Origin: Vitrella brassicaformis CCMP3155
Taxonomy: Eukaryota; Protista; Chromerida
Length of the DNA: 64,000 bases
Direction: 5' to 3'
NCBI GenBank assembly: GCA_001179505.1
Contig: CDMY01000228.1
Coordinates: forward strand, 62,001 to 126,000
The notes under the pieces: generated by a model
What the model saw: the letters and a program-made list of their open reading frames with translations, nothing else
Told to the model about the DNA's origin: nothing
The model's database searches: none
Program-made: the position numbers and the translations under genes
Shown here: piece after piece, positions 1-12,964 of the stretch
Layout of the letters: the number at the start of each line of letters is the position of its first letter
How positions within the stretch are numbered: the first letter of the stretch is position 1

Positions 1-501
1 CCACAAACTTGAACATGGGTGCGTGCCGCAGCATGTCGGGCAGAATCAGGAAACGGATCTGGCTGCCGCGGATGTACAGTTGCTGCACACAGACAGGGTC
101 ACACGGACACACAAACAAGGGGAGAGGGAGAGAGAGAGAGATGCGCATGAGGGTGGGTGCGTTCATCCTGTCGTGTGTGTGTGTGTACCTCGAGTTGTGA
201 CGTCTTGCCGTCCTTGGCGGTGACTGTGATGGACTCGAGCATGATGTTCATGTTGTCCTCGGCATTTTGCTGCACATAGACACAACACACCCAGAGAGAG
301 CACATGCATTCTGCTTGATCTGACTCTCAGCGTCTGTCGTCCGTGTGTGTGCGCATCTGTGTGTTGCCTAGGAAGGACATCGTGCATGGCCTGATCTCCC
401 ACCAGAATGCCTCTGAAGAGCTCTCCCGATTTGGTCTCCACTGTCACGGTGTGTCCGAGCCCTTCGTACAGCACCTTGATGGGAATGCCGACCTGCGCCA
501 T
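1..501 (-). CDS. SNRPD3: Small nuclear ribonucleoprotein Sm D3 (3 exons visible; 3' end runs off the window)
   Basis: Spliced exons ~501-403, 269-189 and 82-1 give [85 protein letters not shown], the canonical SmD3 Sm1/Sm2 sequence; GT-AG introns. Confidence 0.95.
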
Positions 502-797
502 CCTTCAACGAACCGCTGCGCACCTCAGAATCCCTTCCCTCCGCAGGCTCAGCTCGCAAACGGTGTTCGACGGCCTAGGACATTCCGTAAAACTGCTCTC
601 GCGGCTCTGTCGCCCCTGCGTTATTCTTCCTCACGAGGCTCTGCACCGTATTGAAGTCTGACTTCTATGCGGTGCAAAGGCTCTGCCGCATCGAAGTCAG
701 GCTTCAATGCGCTGGAGAGCCTCCTGAGTGGGAATGATGCAGGCGCGATAGAGCACGCCGGGACCGCTGCTACTGCGACCAGCCTGATGACGCAAAG

Positions 798-1255
798 ATG
801 AAACTGGGAAGCGTCTTCGTCCCGGTCGCGATTTGCTTCTCTATCTTGCAGGTGAGTCAGATGGCCACGCATCACAGTGCATTGTCCGCATCACATGCAG
901 CTTCCATCTCATTTGCTTTGCCTCTGATCTGACGGCTGCGTTTGTGTCCTTTCAGTCTGTCTGCTTGTCTGCGGCGTCGCCATGTCAAGCACGGGCGGAG
1001 AGCGGCGGCTGGGAGGCGTCGGCAGTCGCAGGTCGACGATGACGAAGGCGAGGCACCAGAGGCATCTTTCGCCCGATGCGACAGCTCAGTGATGAAGACA
1101 TTGTGGTTGGTGCTTGTCAGTCTGGCCTTCACCCTGCACTTCGACGACCTGCCGCTCGTCGAGCGCGTCGCATCCGACAACCTCAGTGTGGTGTGCTTCA
1201 ACTCTTCACAAGCCGACTCCCCCACCCCAACCACACAGAGGCGTATGCGCTCTAC
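798..1255 (+). CDS. Possible secreted hypothetical protein, divergent from SmD3 (downstream exons unresolved)
   Basis: ATG at 798 gives MKLGSVFVPVAICFSILQ (signal-peptide-like), followed by a GTGAGT donor and a CTTTCAG acceptor; later exon frames are ambiguous. Confidence 0.3.
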
Positions 1256-1745
1256 ATGGCTGTGTGTGTACTGTGTGTGTGTGTGTCTTGGTCATCTGTG
1301 TGGGTGGTGGGAGGTAGGGGTGCATTATATACTGAGTTGTAGGTCTGTCTTGTGTGTCGGTCGTGGTCGTTCCTTCCTTCGATCATCGGAGGTATGGATG
1401 GCCAGAGTGTCTCTCTTGACTTAGTCGTGCGTGTGTCGGCTTGCCTGAATCAAAGGTGCTCGTTCTGCCCTGGCCACTGATCGCTTCTTGTCGCAACACA
1501 CATACCAGTAGAGTGACTTTTGTGTGTTGTGTGCGCATGCATTGGAGGGTTCATTTGGCGTCAATGAAGAACGTTCGGTTGTGATGTGGGCGAGCTGGCT
1601 TAGTGCGAGGGACGTATTGCATGCTCTGTGTCTCAGTCAGGGCTTTCTGTTGCCTGGGTGGACGACTGGCTGTGTGTGTGTGTGTGTGGGACTCGACTGG
1701 CTGCTGAACGGACAATGGCGCCTGCACGGAAGGTGTCAGTTGACA

Positions 1746-1778
<33 letters not shown>

Positions 1779-2034
1779 GGGCATCACAGCCGGTCTGGTC
1801 CACACGATGTGCAGTTAGCGCACCTGGTGGGCTGTGAAGATCCGCGAGCCATCATGGTCCGTGACTGCGTGGTGGTTCCTCACAGCTTACCACTTAGTCG
1901 GTGTGCCTGTGCCAAAAAGCCGAGCACTCACCTTCACACAAACACACACAACTTAACTACCAGAGACCGTCCCACATCTTCACCGCATCACCCCACCAAC
2001 CCAGCCCCAGGGCTCCCGACACGAACGGACTCAT

Positions 2035-5000
2035 TTAAGACGACAAGAAGCCCTTAAATGCACACGCATGGCAGGCAAAAACGAAATGTCCTGTGAGTGA
2101 GTGAGGGTGTTGCAAATACCACACCCACAGACTCCCTCTCTCTCTCTCTCTCATCCAGACACCCTGCCGTACGAAACGTACCTTCCTTTGGGCAGCATGA
2201 CAAGCACACAAACATACACATACAATGAGCGGGATCGACGGACATCCACACGCGCATCGCATCGCATCGCATCCAGTCGGATTTTGCAAATGCACACACA
2301 ACACATACCCACACACATGGCATGGACCCATCAACCCATGTTAGTTAGAATCCACGTCTCGACGTCTCGACAGTGAGATCGATCACGCCTCACCTCACTC
2401 AGGTCAGGTGCTCACTCACTTCATCCAGTCGGCGAGCGACAGACGATCCAGAGGGTTCCTGGGGATGGTGGGCGGGTTCTTGGGGATGAGGACGGGCCGA
2501 GGCTTCCTCGGGGTCACAGTGACGGAGTTGCGCCGCGAGTACTGCATGGGATACACCTCCCCGCCAGACACCAGCCCATAGAGGCATGGCTCTTTGACAC
2601 GGTGAGCCTGATTGACGCACACACGCCGGGGCACATGCGCTGGGTGCATTGCATTGCCATTTCGGTTGGCCCATGCACTCACTGCACTTGCCTGCAGGCA
2701 CTCGATGGCGTCCTCGACCGTCTTGAACTGGATGAAGCAGATGTGTGAGACGCGGCGCACATCCAGGGGTGAAGGGCCGCTCTCAGGCAGACCCTTCAAT
2801 CATACAGACAGACAGACAGACAGACAGAAGGACGCACCGCACAAGGACACGACACCCAGGGATGAGATGCAATGCAGGCACCAGTGCCAACCCACCCCCC
2901 CATCGACCGACCTCTGTGAGCAGCTTCTCCAGTTCGGCGAGACTTTTCTCGTAGGGCCAGGTCTCCATAACTATCTGCACATCCATCTCACACAACCAAC
3001 CCAACACAGGTGGCCACAATGATCCGTGCGGTCTCGTTGGTCGCCCACGGTGTTTGTTGGCTGGCGAATGGGGGGGCTGCTGCCTCGCGCAGGCGGCGAC
3101 CGCGGTGGCGATGGCGAGGGCGACCGAAGCCGACGTCGCTTCGGTGTAGTGCTACGTCTGGCACACAGGCAGCCAGCCAGCCACCAGTATGTGTGTGTAC
3201 TGATTGACACACCCCTTGTGTACTCACGAGCGGTTCAGGATGTTCCCTGGGAAAGGGTCAGGGTTGGAGTTGCGCCTCGAATACTGCAGGCCATAGACCT
3301 TATCGCCACACACGAGCCCATAGGCGCACGGCTCGTTGACACGGTGCGCCTGACACACACACAAGCACGCCTGTTTGGCTCACTCCCCTCACTTATTCAC
3401 TCACCCGCAGGAACTTAGTGGCGTCGTCGACGGTCCTGAACTGAATGAAGCACAGCCTCTGAAGCGCAATGCTGTCCCCCGCTTCTCGGCGGACATCCAA
3501 AGGAGGATGGCAGCTCGCAGGCAGCCCCTACAGACAGACAATTAACACACAAGCGCGCGGTTCATGTCGATGTGCGGGCGGGTGCCCTCACACGTACCTG
3601 TGTGGCCAGTTCCTCCAGCTCAATGAGGCCTTTGTCGTTAGGCCATCCGTCAACCACAATCTGCACCCGCGTCACACACAGATGGCTCCTTGAGTGCTCG
3701 TGTGTGGTCTTGTTGGCCGCGCACGGTGTTTGTTGGCTTGCGAATGGGGGGGCTCCTGCCTCGCGCAGGCGGCGACCGCGACCGATTGCGACGTCGCTTC
3801 GGTGTTGTGCTGCGCCTGACAGACACACACCCACACAGCCAGCCACCCATATGTGCGTGTACTGATTGACATAAAGCCTCTCGTCACTCACAGGAATGGG
3901 CTGCTGACGGAGTTTCGCATCGAGTACTGCAAGGGATAGACTTTCTCATCACGCACCAGCCCATAGCCGCACGGCTCATTGACACGGTGCGCCTGACACA
4001 CACACACACACACACACACGGACACGTGTGTGGGTTGAGTGCGGCCTCCCTCGTTCACTTTCTTTTGAGCCATGCACTCACTCACCTGTAGGAAATCAGC
4101 GGCGTCGTCGACCGTCCTGAACTCGATGAAGCACAGCGGCTTCTGGGACGCCCCTGCCGCCGCTCGCCGGACGTCCACAGGAGAAGGACAGCCGTCAGGC
4201 AGCCCCTGCACGTTCGCATAGAGGGAGGGAGGGACACTCACTCACTCAGAAGAGATCACTAACTGTGGCCAGCCGGCAGGTTACCATGGACGAAAGCGCA
4301 TGTCCATACCTCTGTGGCCAGTTTCATCAGTTCCGCCAGAGGCTCATTGCTGGGCCACATGTGTACTACTACCTGCACCCATCTCATCTCACACACGACA
4401 CATACATACAGGATGGATGGATGGACGGTGGCTGCTCGACTGTGTCTGTGGGGCGTTTGGCTGTGTACCTACCGTGTCTGTTGCCGTGCACAGCGATGGC
4501 GACCGATTGAGGCGGATGGGCGAGAGCGACCAGAGATTGCGGGGGACCCCTCTTTGGCGTCGTGCTGCGCCTGACACACAACACAACGCAACACACCACA
4601 GCTCGCCACAGCACCCAGTGTGTGGCCATCTTCATCTGAGGGGACGCAGGTAGGTACCTCACCGTCGCATGTCTGCAGACACAAACAGACGGACACAAAT
4701 GGTGTGTGTGTGGTCGAGTGCGTCTTTGCCCGCCTAGCTCACTCACCCTGGCTGTGGGGTGACCGGTCGGACCGCTCTCGCCGCTTGCTGCTTTGGCGAG
4801 GACGGGAAGGGGATAATGGCGAAGACGGCGAACGACCCTGATGGATGCACACACGTGAGACCCTACATGAGCCTGCTAGTTGTCGCTCGTGTGTTCATGT
4901 AGGTAGGTACTTGTCGGTTGTCTGTCTGTCGTCGGTCGTCCCGGTCGTAATAATCCTCGTCGCGAGGGGAAAGCCGCCGGTTGCTGCCGCCCCGCGAGAC

Positions 5001-7889
5001 GGTACGGAGCGCTGCACAGAGAGATGAGATGAAGGCAGTGCAGACACGGTCATATTGGCATGGTTCACTACTTTGTCTCTGTCTCATGTGATATGCCTGC
5101 GGTGTGTGTTTGGCTTACATGGGCTGCGACTGTCACGGCCGTGTCCACCATCCTACACACATCCATCCATTCATCCCACACACAGACAGCAAAGCACAGC
5201 ACACGGGCGCAAATGCCGCACCACTCGACCTGCGTACATTGTCACGTGAGCGCGAGCGACGGCGGCTGACGGACGGACGGACAGACAGACAGAATGGATG
5301 GATGGATGGACGATGCATGTGCTCTGCCTGTCTGGCGTGCCAGCGTACTCTCTGTCCCTTGACGGCTCTCTGGAGTGGCCACTGTCATACTTGTCATCGT
5401 ACTCATCGTCATAGCTGTCTCGGCGGCGTCTGGTTCTGTCGACAGATGGCGACATGCTGCCGCCTGGGGAACGAGAGCGTTCACCAGAGCCTCGGCCGCT
5501 GTCTGCTGCTGGGGGTGGGACGTCTGGGTGAGTGAATTGCCAGAGAGAAAGAGCATATCACACCAAGCTTGGTAGGGATGTCTGTGTGTGCGTGTGCATC
5601 CCTACCTCGAGGCGGGTGTCCATTGTCTTGCTCGCGCTGGGCGGGTGGCTCCTGTTTGACGGCAGGCGGTGCAGTGGGCACCCACAGACGGCCCTGCATT
5701 GCATGTGCGTTCAATTCACCACACACAGAACGGACGCACACCCCACGTGTGTCGAGTGGAAGGTTGAGTGGGTGACCTACGGCGTGTTCATTGTAGATGT
5801 GTTTGAGCCAGTTGCAGAGGTCGAGTGCCTGCCCGCGGAACTGGGGCGTGTTGCCCAGGCAGTCGCTGTTGATCTGGGTGGCCGTCTTGCCACTCATCGT
5901 TGCCAAATGAGAACCCTTGTACCGACTCTGACAGATTGATTACATCCATCCCACCCACCCATATATCGTGAATCGCCTCGCATCGCCTCTGTGTGTATCC
6001 CACCCCACCCACCCCACCCACAAACACACATACCTCGATGACAATCTCCAGAACGCTCTTGGCCAGCTCGCTGTCATCTCGCTCGAGCGCCTTGACCAGC
6101 TGGTGGTGGTCCAGGTTGATCAGCTGACGCTCCACGCACCCAGCAGGCGCCCTCTGCTCCGTCGGTGACTGCCTGCGGGCTGTGGAGATGGGGTCGCCTT
6201 CCTGCTGATTGCCACCCCCACCACCACTCGTGGCTGCCCCAGCCTCAGTCTTGACTCGGACGCCAGCACCCTTCCGCACGCGCCTTCCCTCCCTCTGCTG
6301 CTGCTGCTGCTGCTGGTGGTGGTCGTCATCAATGACGATTGCCTCTCGCTGCTGGTTGCAAGCACGGCGCCGGGCCCCATCAGTGCGTCCTGGCAAGCGC
6401 CGAAACAAGTACCACATTCTGACTGTATCCATCATCATGGCTTGTCGCTCTCTCGACATACCTGAGCCCCGAGCAGTGCGCATCGCCCCTCCTACGCGCT
6501 TGCCGCCCACCCCTCCCTCGCTCCTGCGCGACACAGAGTCCGACGGGAGTGGGTTCTCGTCGCCACTCGGCACAGTTGCATACCTGTTGTCGCCATTTGG
6601 TGGTGCCGGTGGTGCTGCGGCGGCCTGTGCTTGTCCGTCCCCCGCCTGACTGTCATCCATCTGTCGCTCCTGGTCTAGCATTTGCTGGTCGTCTTGCATC
6701 GGCTGGTCCCCATCGGCAGCTGGGGGCTGTTGCGGTGGTGGGTATGTGACGCCATGGTGCTGGCCGACGTGCATTGCTGCATCCTCAGGGGGGGTGGGGA
6801 CGCGCACGGGGGGCCGCACAGCCATGGGGGCAGCGGCAGGCGGCGGGATGGGGCGAGGGCAGTGCGGCATCGCTGACGCGGATGACACAAACGACATCAC
6901 ACACCCATGTTATGTGTGGTGGATGCAGTTCACTCTCCCACCAGTCACCTGGGTGGACGAACGCTCCGTTGTGGCTTCCTGGCGGCAACGGGGGACCGCT
7001 CACGATGATGCCGCCGTGACCTGTCGGCAGCATGAACGCATCGAGGCAAGTATGGGCGGTTGTTTGAGGTCGCCTGTCTGTTCCTGTGTGTCTGAGTGTA
7101 CCGTAGAAGAATGGTGGGGGCCAGAATGGGGGCTGTGGAGGGCCGTACGGGCCCATAGGAGGCCAGGGTGGGTAGGCAGATGCTGCTGCATCGCCTCCCT
7201 GGCCACCAGGAGGGGTGGCGTACGCTGAACACGGAGAAGATGAGGTGGCTCTACTGCTGTTGTTTGTGTGGGTGTCTGACTGACTGACCGGCGGATGGGT
7301 CTTCCATGTCGTGTGGCTCGGTCTTGGTGACGGTGTCCTGTGCGCCGTAGTAATGGTCGCCCCCCTCCCCCTCCTCTACCGCTTCCTCGTTCTCGTCACT
7401 CACTGAAGTCCACAACACACAACGCAACACATCTTCATAGACAAGCGACGGTCTTCACCTTCACCCTCCTCCCGGGCGTCCTCCTCTCCACCCTGGTCGT
7501 ACTCGTCACCCACTGAAGGAACAAACAAAGGAAACACTACACGGCACATCCCTGGGCCACATGATGCGGTCGGTGTGTGTGCCCGTCCGGCTTACCACCT
7601 GAGAGGTCTGCTGCCGCGGCCGTGGCGAACCTTGCTGCCGGACGATGACCCGCACCAGCACGATGCCCGTGATGGTAGGGTGTCTGTGGCGCTTCGGATG
7701 ACACTCGCCTTGGGGCTCGCGAGGCTGTTCTGGCGAGCTCTTGCTTGACGTCTGCACACCCTGCTGACAAACAGCATACAGCACAGAGAGCACACAATAC
7801 ATCCAGACATATATACATGCACACACATCGTGTGCATCTGTGGAGGGAATCTCTTCCTGTGGCGTACCTGCGACGCCCCGGCTGCTCAT
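2035..7889 (-). CDS. Large multi-exon protein: Pro/acidic N-terminus, SAM-like helical domain, RS-rich region and three tandem divergent RRM-like domains
   Basis: In-frame exon chain from ATG 7889 (MSSRGVA/AGCADVKQEL...). SAM-like segment LDHHQLVKALERDDSELAKSVLEIVIE/SRYKGSHLATMSG...RGQALDLCNWLKHI. RS exons (RRRSRSRDNVR, GRSPSSPLSPSRPR). Three repeats of PTNT/IVV..WP....L.EL..L...LCFI.F.TV.DA..FL/AHRV.EPC.YGLV....VY..QYS. The end is either 2416 or 2035 (GTGAGT donor after WMK). Confidence 0.7.
2416..4575 (-). repeat. Three tandem ~600-750 bp repeats, each an RS linker exon plus three RRM-like exons with conserved intron positions
   Basis: Units ~4575-3890, ~3815-3225 and ~3165-2416 share GCGCAGCAC.AC..C.AAG, CAGGCGCACCGTGTCAA.GAGCC and CAGTA.TCG...CG.AACTCC blocks. 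Confidence 0.85.
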
Positions 7890-7956
7890 GACAGGCGGAT
7901 CTGGCCCTCTCAGACTTCACTCACCGCCGCGAGCCCGGCTGGCGTGTGCTTGTGAA

Positions 7957-8679
7957 ATGGCAATAAGCGAAAGAGATCAATGTATTTCACACTCAGCAGA
8001 TGCGATGACAGACAGCCCCGCCACCGCCACGGACGCTCAGACGCAAAAATTCCTCTCTCCCTTTCTAAGCTCGCACAAAAGCTCGCCAGGGGGTGACAAG
8101 TGCGTTTTCCCGATGCCAGCGACTGCAGCAGCCTCTCCCGTGCCGATGAGTACGCAGCAGTCATCTGCCGACTGTTTCCGTCTGAGTCTCAACCTGTTCG
8201 CGTCATGCACCACCCCTCGCTCCTCGGCGGCAGATCCGTCGCGCTTCCGCGGCGGCATGCATGTGGAGCTCTACGAGGAGACCTTCCACGACAGACACCC
8301 GCGCGACACCGTCACCCACATCACCCTCGCTGACCTGGACCGGCCGCAGAGCGAACTCGGCGACTTCGACATGTACAGCGACGACGGCCTCTCCATCGAC
8401 TGCACGGCGTCCCACCTTGACGGCACCAACGCGTCCGAGGACTCGGTGCGGGTCATGAAGAGCGTCGGCCGGCCGGTGGTGGGGGCCACCGCTCGGTGCC
8501 ACTCGGTGACCTTCCACCCTCGCACGCCCTACCCAAGCGAGTGGGCGGACTTCGTGTTTGAGAATGTGGCGGTGCCGCGGCGTGAGTGGCCGGTGGTGCT
8601 GCCCCGCCGCACCCAGTCGCGATCGGAGCTGTCGGAGGTGGATGTGGACCTCGACGACGGGTGGACCCGGTGGGAGTGA
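7957..8679 (+). CDS. Hypothetical protein (apparently a single exon)
   Basis: Open frame of ~240 aa with coding-like GC3 and no microsatellites (HVELYEETFHDRHPRD...EWADFVFENVAVPRREW); start at 7957 or 8005. Confidence 0.55.
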   Translation: MAISERDQCISHSADAMTDSPATATDAQTQKFLSPFLSSHKSSPGGDKCVFPMPATAAASPVPMSTQQSSADCFRLSLNLFASCTTPRSSAADPSRFRGGMHVELYEETFHDRHPRDTVTHITLADLDRPQSELGDFDMYSDDGLSIDCTASHLDGTNASEDSVRVMKSVGRPVVGATARCHSVTFHPRTPYPSEWADFVFENVAVPRREWPVVLPRRTQSRSELSEVDVDLDDGWTRWE

Positions 8680-9899
8680 TGGATGAGCGGTGGCAGGACA
8701 GCAAGTGCTTGTGGTAGCGTAGAGTGGTTAGATGGATTGGTTTGTGTGTGTGTGAGGGAGTGAGTGATTTGGTGGGGTGGGGTGGGGGTGGTTTTACGTA
8801 CATACCAAACCTGTTTGCAACCATATTCAATCAATGGGTGGTGGACGGGTCGAATGATGGAAATCGTTTTTTGTACCACCAGGGGCAGGCCCTGGTACGT
8901 ACGAATCCATTGCATGTATTGCGTGTGCGGTGGGTGGGTGGGCGAGTGTTATGTGTGGCGGGAGGGAGGCAGCCACGTGCCGTGCGTGTGGGTGTCGGTG
9001 CTGCAATGGACGGACGGGGTTTTGTCAAGGGCTGGCTGGAGTATTGTCGTCTTCAGGCTGTCGACGCGTGTGTGCAAGGGGTTTCTACCTTCGCGGCGTC
9101 CTTGGTGTTTCGCCTCGGTTGTCGCCAATCGAGGCGAAAGACCATTAACGACGGGAAGGTAGCAACCCTCTGTCACACATTGCAAGTGAAGCCTCTCACT
9201 CGTGTGCGCATGTGCGAAGGGATGGTAGGTGTGAGGCATGGTCAAGGCGTTTGACACGTGCGGCACACAGACAGCCAACACCAACACCAACACCACAACC
9301 AACACACAGCACTGACTAGAAGGCTTTTTCCGGTGTTATGCGAATGAATATTAATGCATACACGCATCCCATCGTCCATGCCATGGGGTGTCATGCTTGT
9401 CTGTCTGTCTGTCTGAGTGACGCTTTTATCCACTGGATGGATGATTGAATGAATTCATGGATGCTGCCTCCCTACCTGGTGAGTGTGGGTGGCTTATTGG
9501 TGGAACATTTATCTACCTTGTTGCTATGCTACCACGATGGATGGATGGATGGCGTTGCCGGCGGTGGGTTTCGCCTTGTCTCAGGGAGCTGGTGCCGAGA
9601 GTTTCACCTGATGGCTTCCAAGCCACCAGTCGAAACTCACACATCAGGTTCGTGAGTGCAGGAGAAACGCCACCACTACGGTGACGTGACAGGAAGCATG
9701 TATACGTACATCCGTTGCTGACAGTGACACTGATTGATGTCGTGAGATCATTTGAATGTCACTCTGCCACGCCACGCCCAGTGGTCCCCACCATCCCATA
9801 TGCACAATCCCCCACACCAAACCCATACCCATCGTCAGTCACGCCAAAACTGCATTGTCCCTCACACACCTCCATCAGTCAATCACCTCTCCCTGTGCA

Positions 9900-12480
9900 C
9901 CCAGCCCACATTCGGCTGTGGCACCTGCTCGGCGATGGTCTCTAGCACATGACCAGCAGCAGGGGTGGACGGGGCAGCGTCAGCCCGCGACACCGGCACC
10001 GTCCTGTATCGGTGTGCCCGTCTGGCGGTCATGGTGTCTGCCAGCTGTATGCGATGCATGTGCAGCTGCTGCAGGCTGTCCTCACACGCTTGGCTGCACG
10101 GCGCACACAGACGAGAGGGTAGTGCATTGGTTGGTCTGTGTCTTTCGTGCGTGTGTCACTACCTCTTTTGTATGTCCTCTGGCGCATGTACTTTCTCAAA
10201 GATATGGCGCTGCCGATCGTACTCCTGCACACATGGATGCATCCGAGAGAACAAGACACTCAGATACATCACATGGGGAGGTAATGCGCGGAATGAATGC
10301 CATACCTCGGCGAACGCAGACACTCTCAAAGTCATGGAGTGGAGCTCACGAAGCTTCTTGTCCATGTAACGCATCATATCGTCACCTGCACAGACACAAA
10401 GACAAGGAAAGAGGCAAGCCCCATGATCTCTACTTCACGCCCCCATCCCCTGTGCCGTCCCGCCCCGCCCACCCTCCATCTGGTGTGTGAGCATAATCTG
10501 GTGACACACCCCGTTCAGCTCAGCAGCCGTCCGCACCATCTCCCTCACCACACCCTCCACTCGCCGATCACCCTCACCCGCCACCGCCCCTCCCTCATCC
10601 CACGCGCCAACACCAACACCATGGCGCGACTCAAACACAGCAGAAGCAGCAGACCGATGGGGAGCAGCAGCCGGGAACTTCATCGCCAAGCTCTGTGCGA
10701 GCCTCGCGTGTGCGCCCTGGGCGATCTCGTAGCACTGTAGGTTGGGGACGCTCTGGGAGTTGGCCGAGACGACCCCAGACGTGCGTGCGAGGTGCATGTT
10801 GAACTCCCGCTCGCCCATTCTCCGGCCCTGTGGCACCGGCAGGCTGGGCAGCCCCGGCATGGCCATGGCCGTCGCGTGCTGTGTGTCGGGGGAGGGGGGC
10901 TGGGAAGCCGACTCGCGGTGGGAGGGGGATGGCCTTTGGTACTGGTAGAAGGATGGTGCTTCGGTTGCTGCTTCTTCCGGCTGTTCGGCCACGACGGATG
11001 GGAGGGCCTCGTCATCTCCTCCTCTGAGCAGCCGCCCTGTCACCCCTCCTGCGATAGGTGAAGCGCTTGAATGCCTTCTGTTGGAGCCGTAGTAGGATGC
11101 GTGGCCCATTGTGGCGTGGTCCCCTGAGCTCCGCGAGCGCCGTCCTCCCCTCTCCCTCTCCCTGTCGCTCTCCTCCCTCCGATCAAGGTGCGAGTCGTTC
11201 TCGCCGGTGCTGCCGAATGGCGATGCCGCCGTGCTGATGGTCTGTGCCAGAGACGCCCGCGCCATCCCTGTTTCTTCTGTCGATGAAGGGTGCAGCGGGG
11301 GTGCAGGGATGGGGCGCTCTCTGGCCGTGGTCTTTGGGGAAGGAACGAACTCGCTCTCCAGTGAGTCGGCAGGGAGCGGGGGAAGGGGCTGAGAGCCGTC
11401 CGTGGTGTCCTTGGGGGCCGGGTACTCGACTGTCTTGGCGCGGCTCATGGACCGCCTCTCCACCGCCCTTGAGGACAGCTCGGGCTCCTCGTCAGTCCAC
11501 TTGCGCACACTCCTGGTCCTCCTGTCCTTCCTCTCGGCATCAGCCGAGCTCCCTCGGTTGGGCGGCAGAGACCACTGCATGTGAACTGGCGCCACGGCAC
11601 GGCGGGGAGAGAGCCGCTCGGGAGACGATACATGGTCCCCCAGAGGCACGTCTGCGCGCATGAAGAGGCCGCTGCCGCCATGGCGGAGAGCCGCTCGCGA
11701 CCGGCCGGTCTCGTCGACCACATCGATGGTGATGGGGCTCCTTTCCCTCTCTAGGGAGTGGGGAAGTGGCGGGGGGGCTGACGAAGGCGGAAACAGAGGG
11801 CCCTCAGGGTCGCCGTGCTCCGTCTTCTGCAACGCGTCAGGGGACACGCGGATGCCGGCCATCGACTGGAGCGGCCGGGGGTGGACAGACACGCTCAGCC
11901 GCATCACCGACGGCTGCCTGCGTGCGGCCCTCCTCTCCTTGATGGTGGGGTCGTCGACAAAGACGATGTACTGACGCGGCGAGAGGGGCTGGTCCAGCAG
12001 GATGAACCGCGCCACCTCTACCTCCACATAGCCTAGCCGCCTGCCCGAGCCGTCCACAATCTGCAGGAAGGCATATTTCCTCTCCACCGTATGTGTCACT
12101 TGGCCGCCAGCACCACCACCAGCACCAGAAGCACCGCCCTTCTCCCCCTGGCCGTGGCCGGCTCTGACGACAGGGAAGGACACATAGGCCACGAACTGCA
12201 GCGTGCCTTCACGGTCGCTCCACTCGATGGCATGGCCGTCTCCCGCACTCTTGAGAGCCGTCGCCTGCTCGACGATGCCCTTGCGATGGATCACTCTGAG
12301 ACCGGCTGTGAAGCCTGGGGCGAGATGGGTGAGAGAGTGGACAATGAGGGTGAACTCGAATCTGCGCATGGCTGGGTGCGCGTGGGTGTGCTTGAAGTTG
12401 AAGTGGGGGAAGGGGTGGTAGACCAACGGTAGAGGGGGCGGATGGGCGGGGAGGGGCGGGTGGGGATAGTCGTTGGCCAT
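9900..12480 (-). CDS. NT-C2 (EEIG1/EHBP1-like)-domain protein with long disordered middle and C-terminal helical exons
   Basis: 2-kb first exon: RRFEFTLIVHSLTHL...IEW...LQFVAYVSF...ERKYAFLQIVDGSGRRLGYVEVEVARF resembles NT-C2 strands. The stop at 10435 appears to lie in an intron; spliced continuation GDDMMRYMDKKLRELHSM.../EYDRQRHIFEKV.../DSLQQLHMHR. The 3' end is approximate. Confidence 0.55.
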
Positions 12481-12964
12481 TGTGTGTCAGTGAACTTGAC
12501 GATGAATGACAGAAATGCCAATACTGAGGACAACAAAGAGCAGACGGAGCAGCAGAATAAACAACATTTCTTTGCACGTTGTTCGTTGCACGCAGTGCGT
12601 GTCAGCCACGCAATGTCGTCCTCTCTTTCTCCTTCTGCCTCTCTGTGTGAATGCACTTGTGAAGTTGAAATTGTCCCTGAAATGGCTATTCTGCTGCTTT
12701 GCTGACTTTCTTTGCTTCTTTGCCCTTCCTTGTCTACCTGTGCTGCGCCTCGACGGCTTCTGAATCCGTCCTGAATCAATGCCTTGGCCTCTGAAGCGCC
12801 CTCAGGCTCATATCAGCAAAATTACATCAGCAGTGCAGACTTTGCCGTCGATGGACTCAGCAATTGATGGCCGGTTGAAATGAACTCCGGCGATACCACT
12901 TCCTGCAAGCTGCGAGCTTAGTGTGGTAAATCTCCGCGCCGGACAGGGCCTGCAGAGGGCCGAT

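Noticed and set aside
5280-5352. Apparent GC-AG intron in the RS/RRM gene
   Set aside because: A canonical GTACGC donor a few bases upstream gives the same phase.
10435-10437. The ORF-track stop as the true end of the NT-C2-like gene
   Set aside because: It lies in a GT...TGTGCAG intron, and in-frame exons continue toward ~9900.
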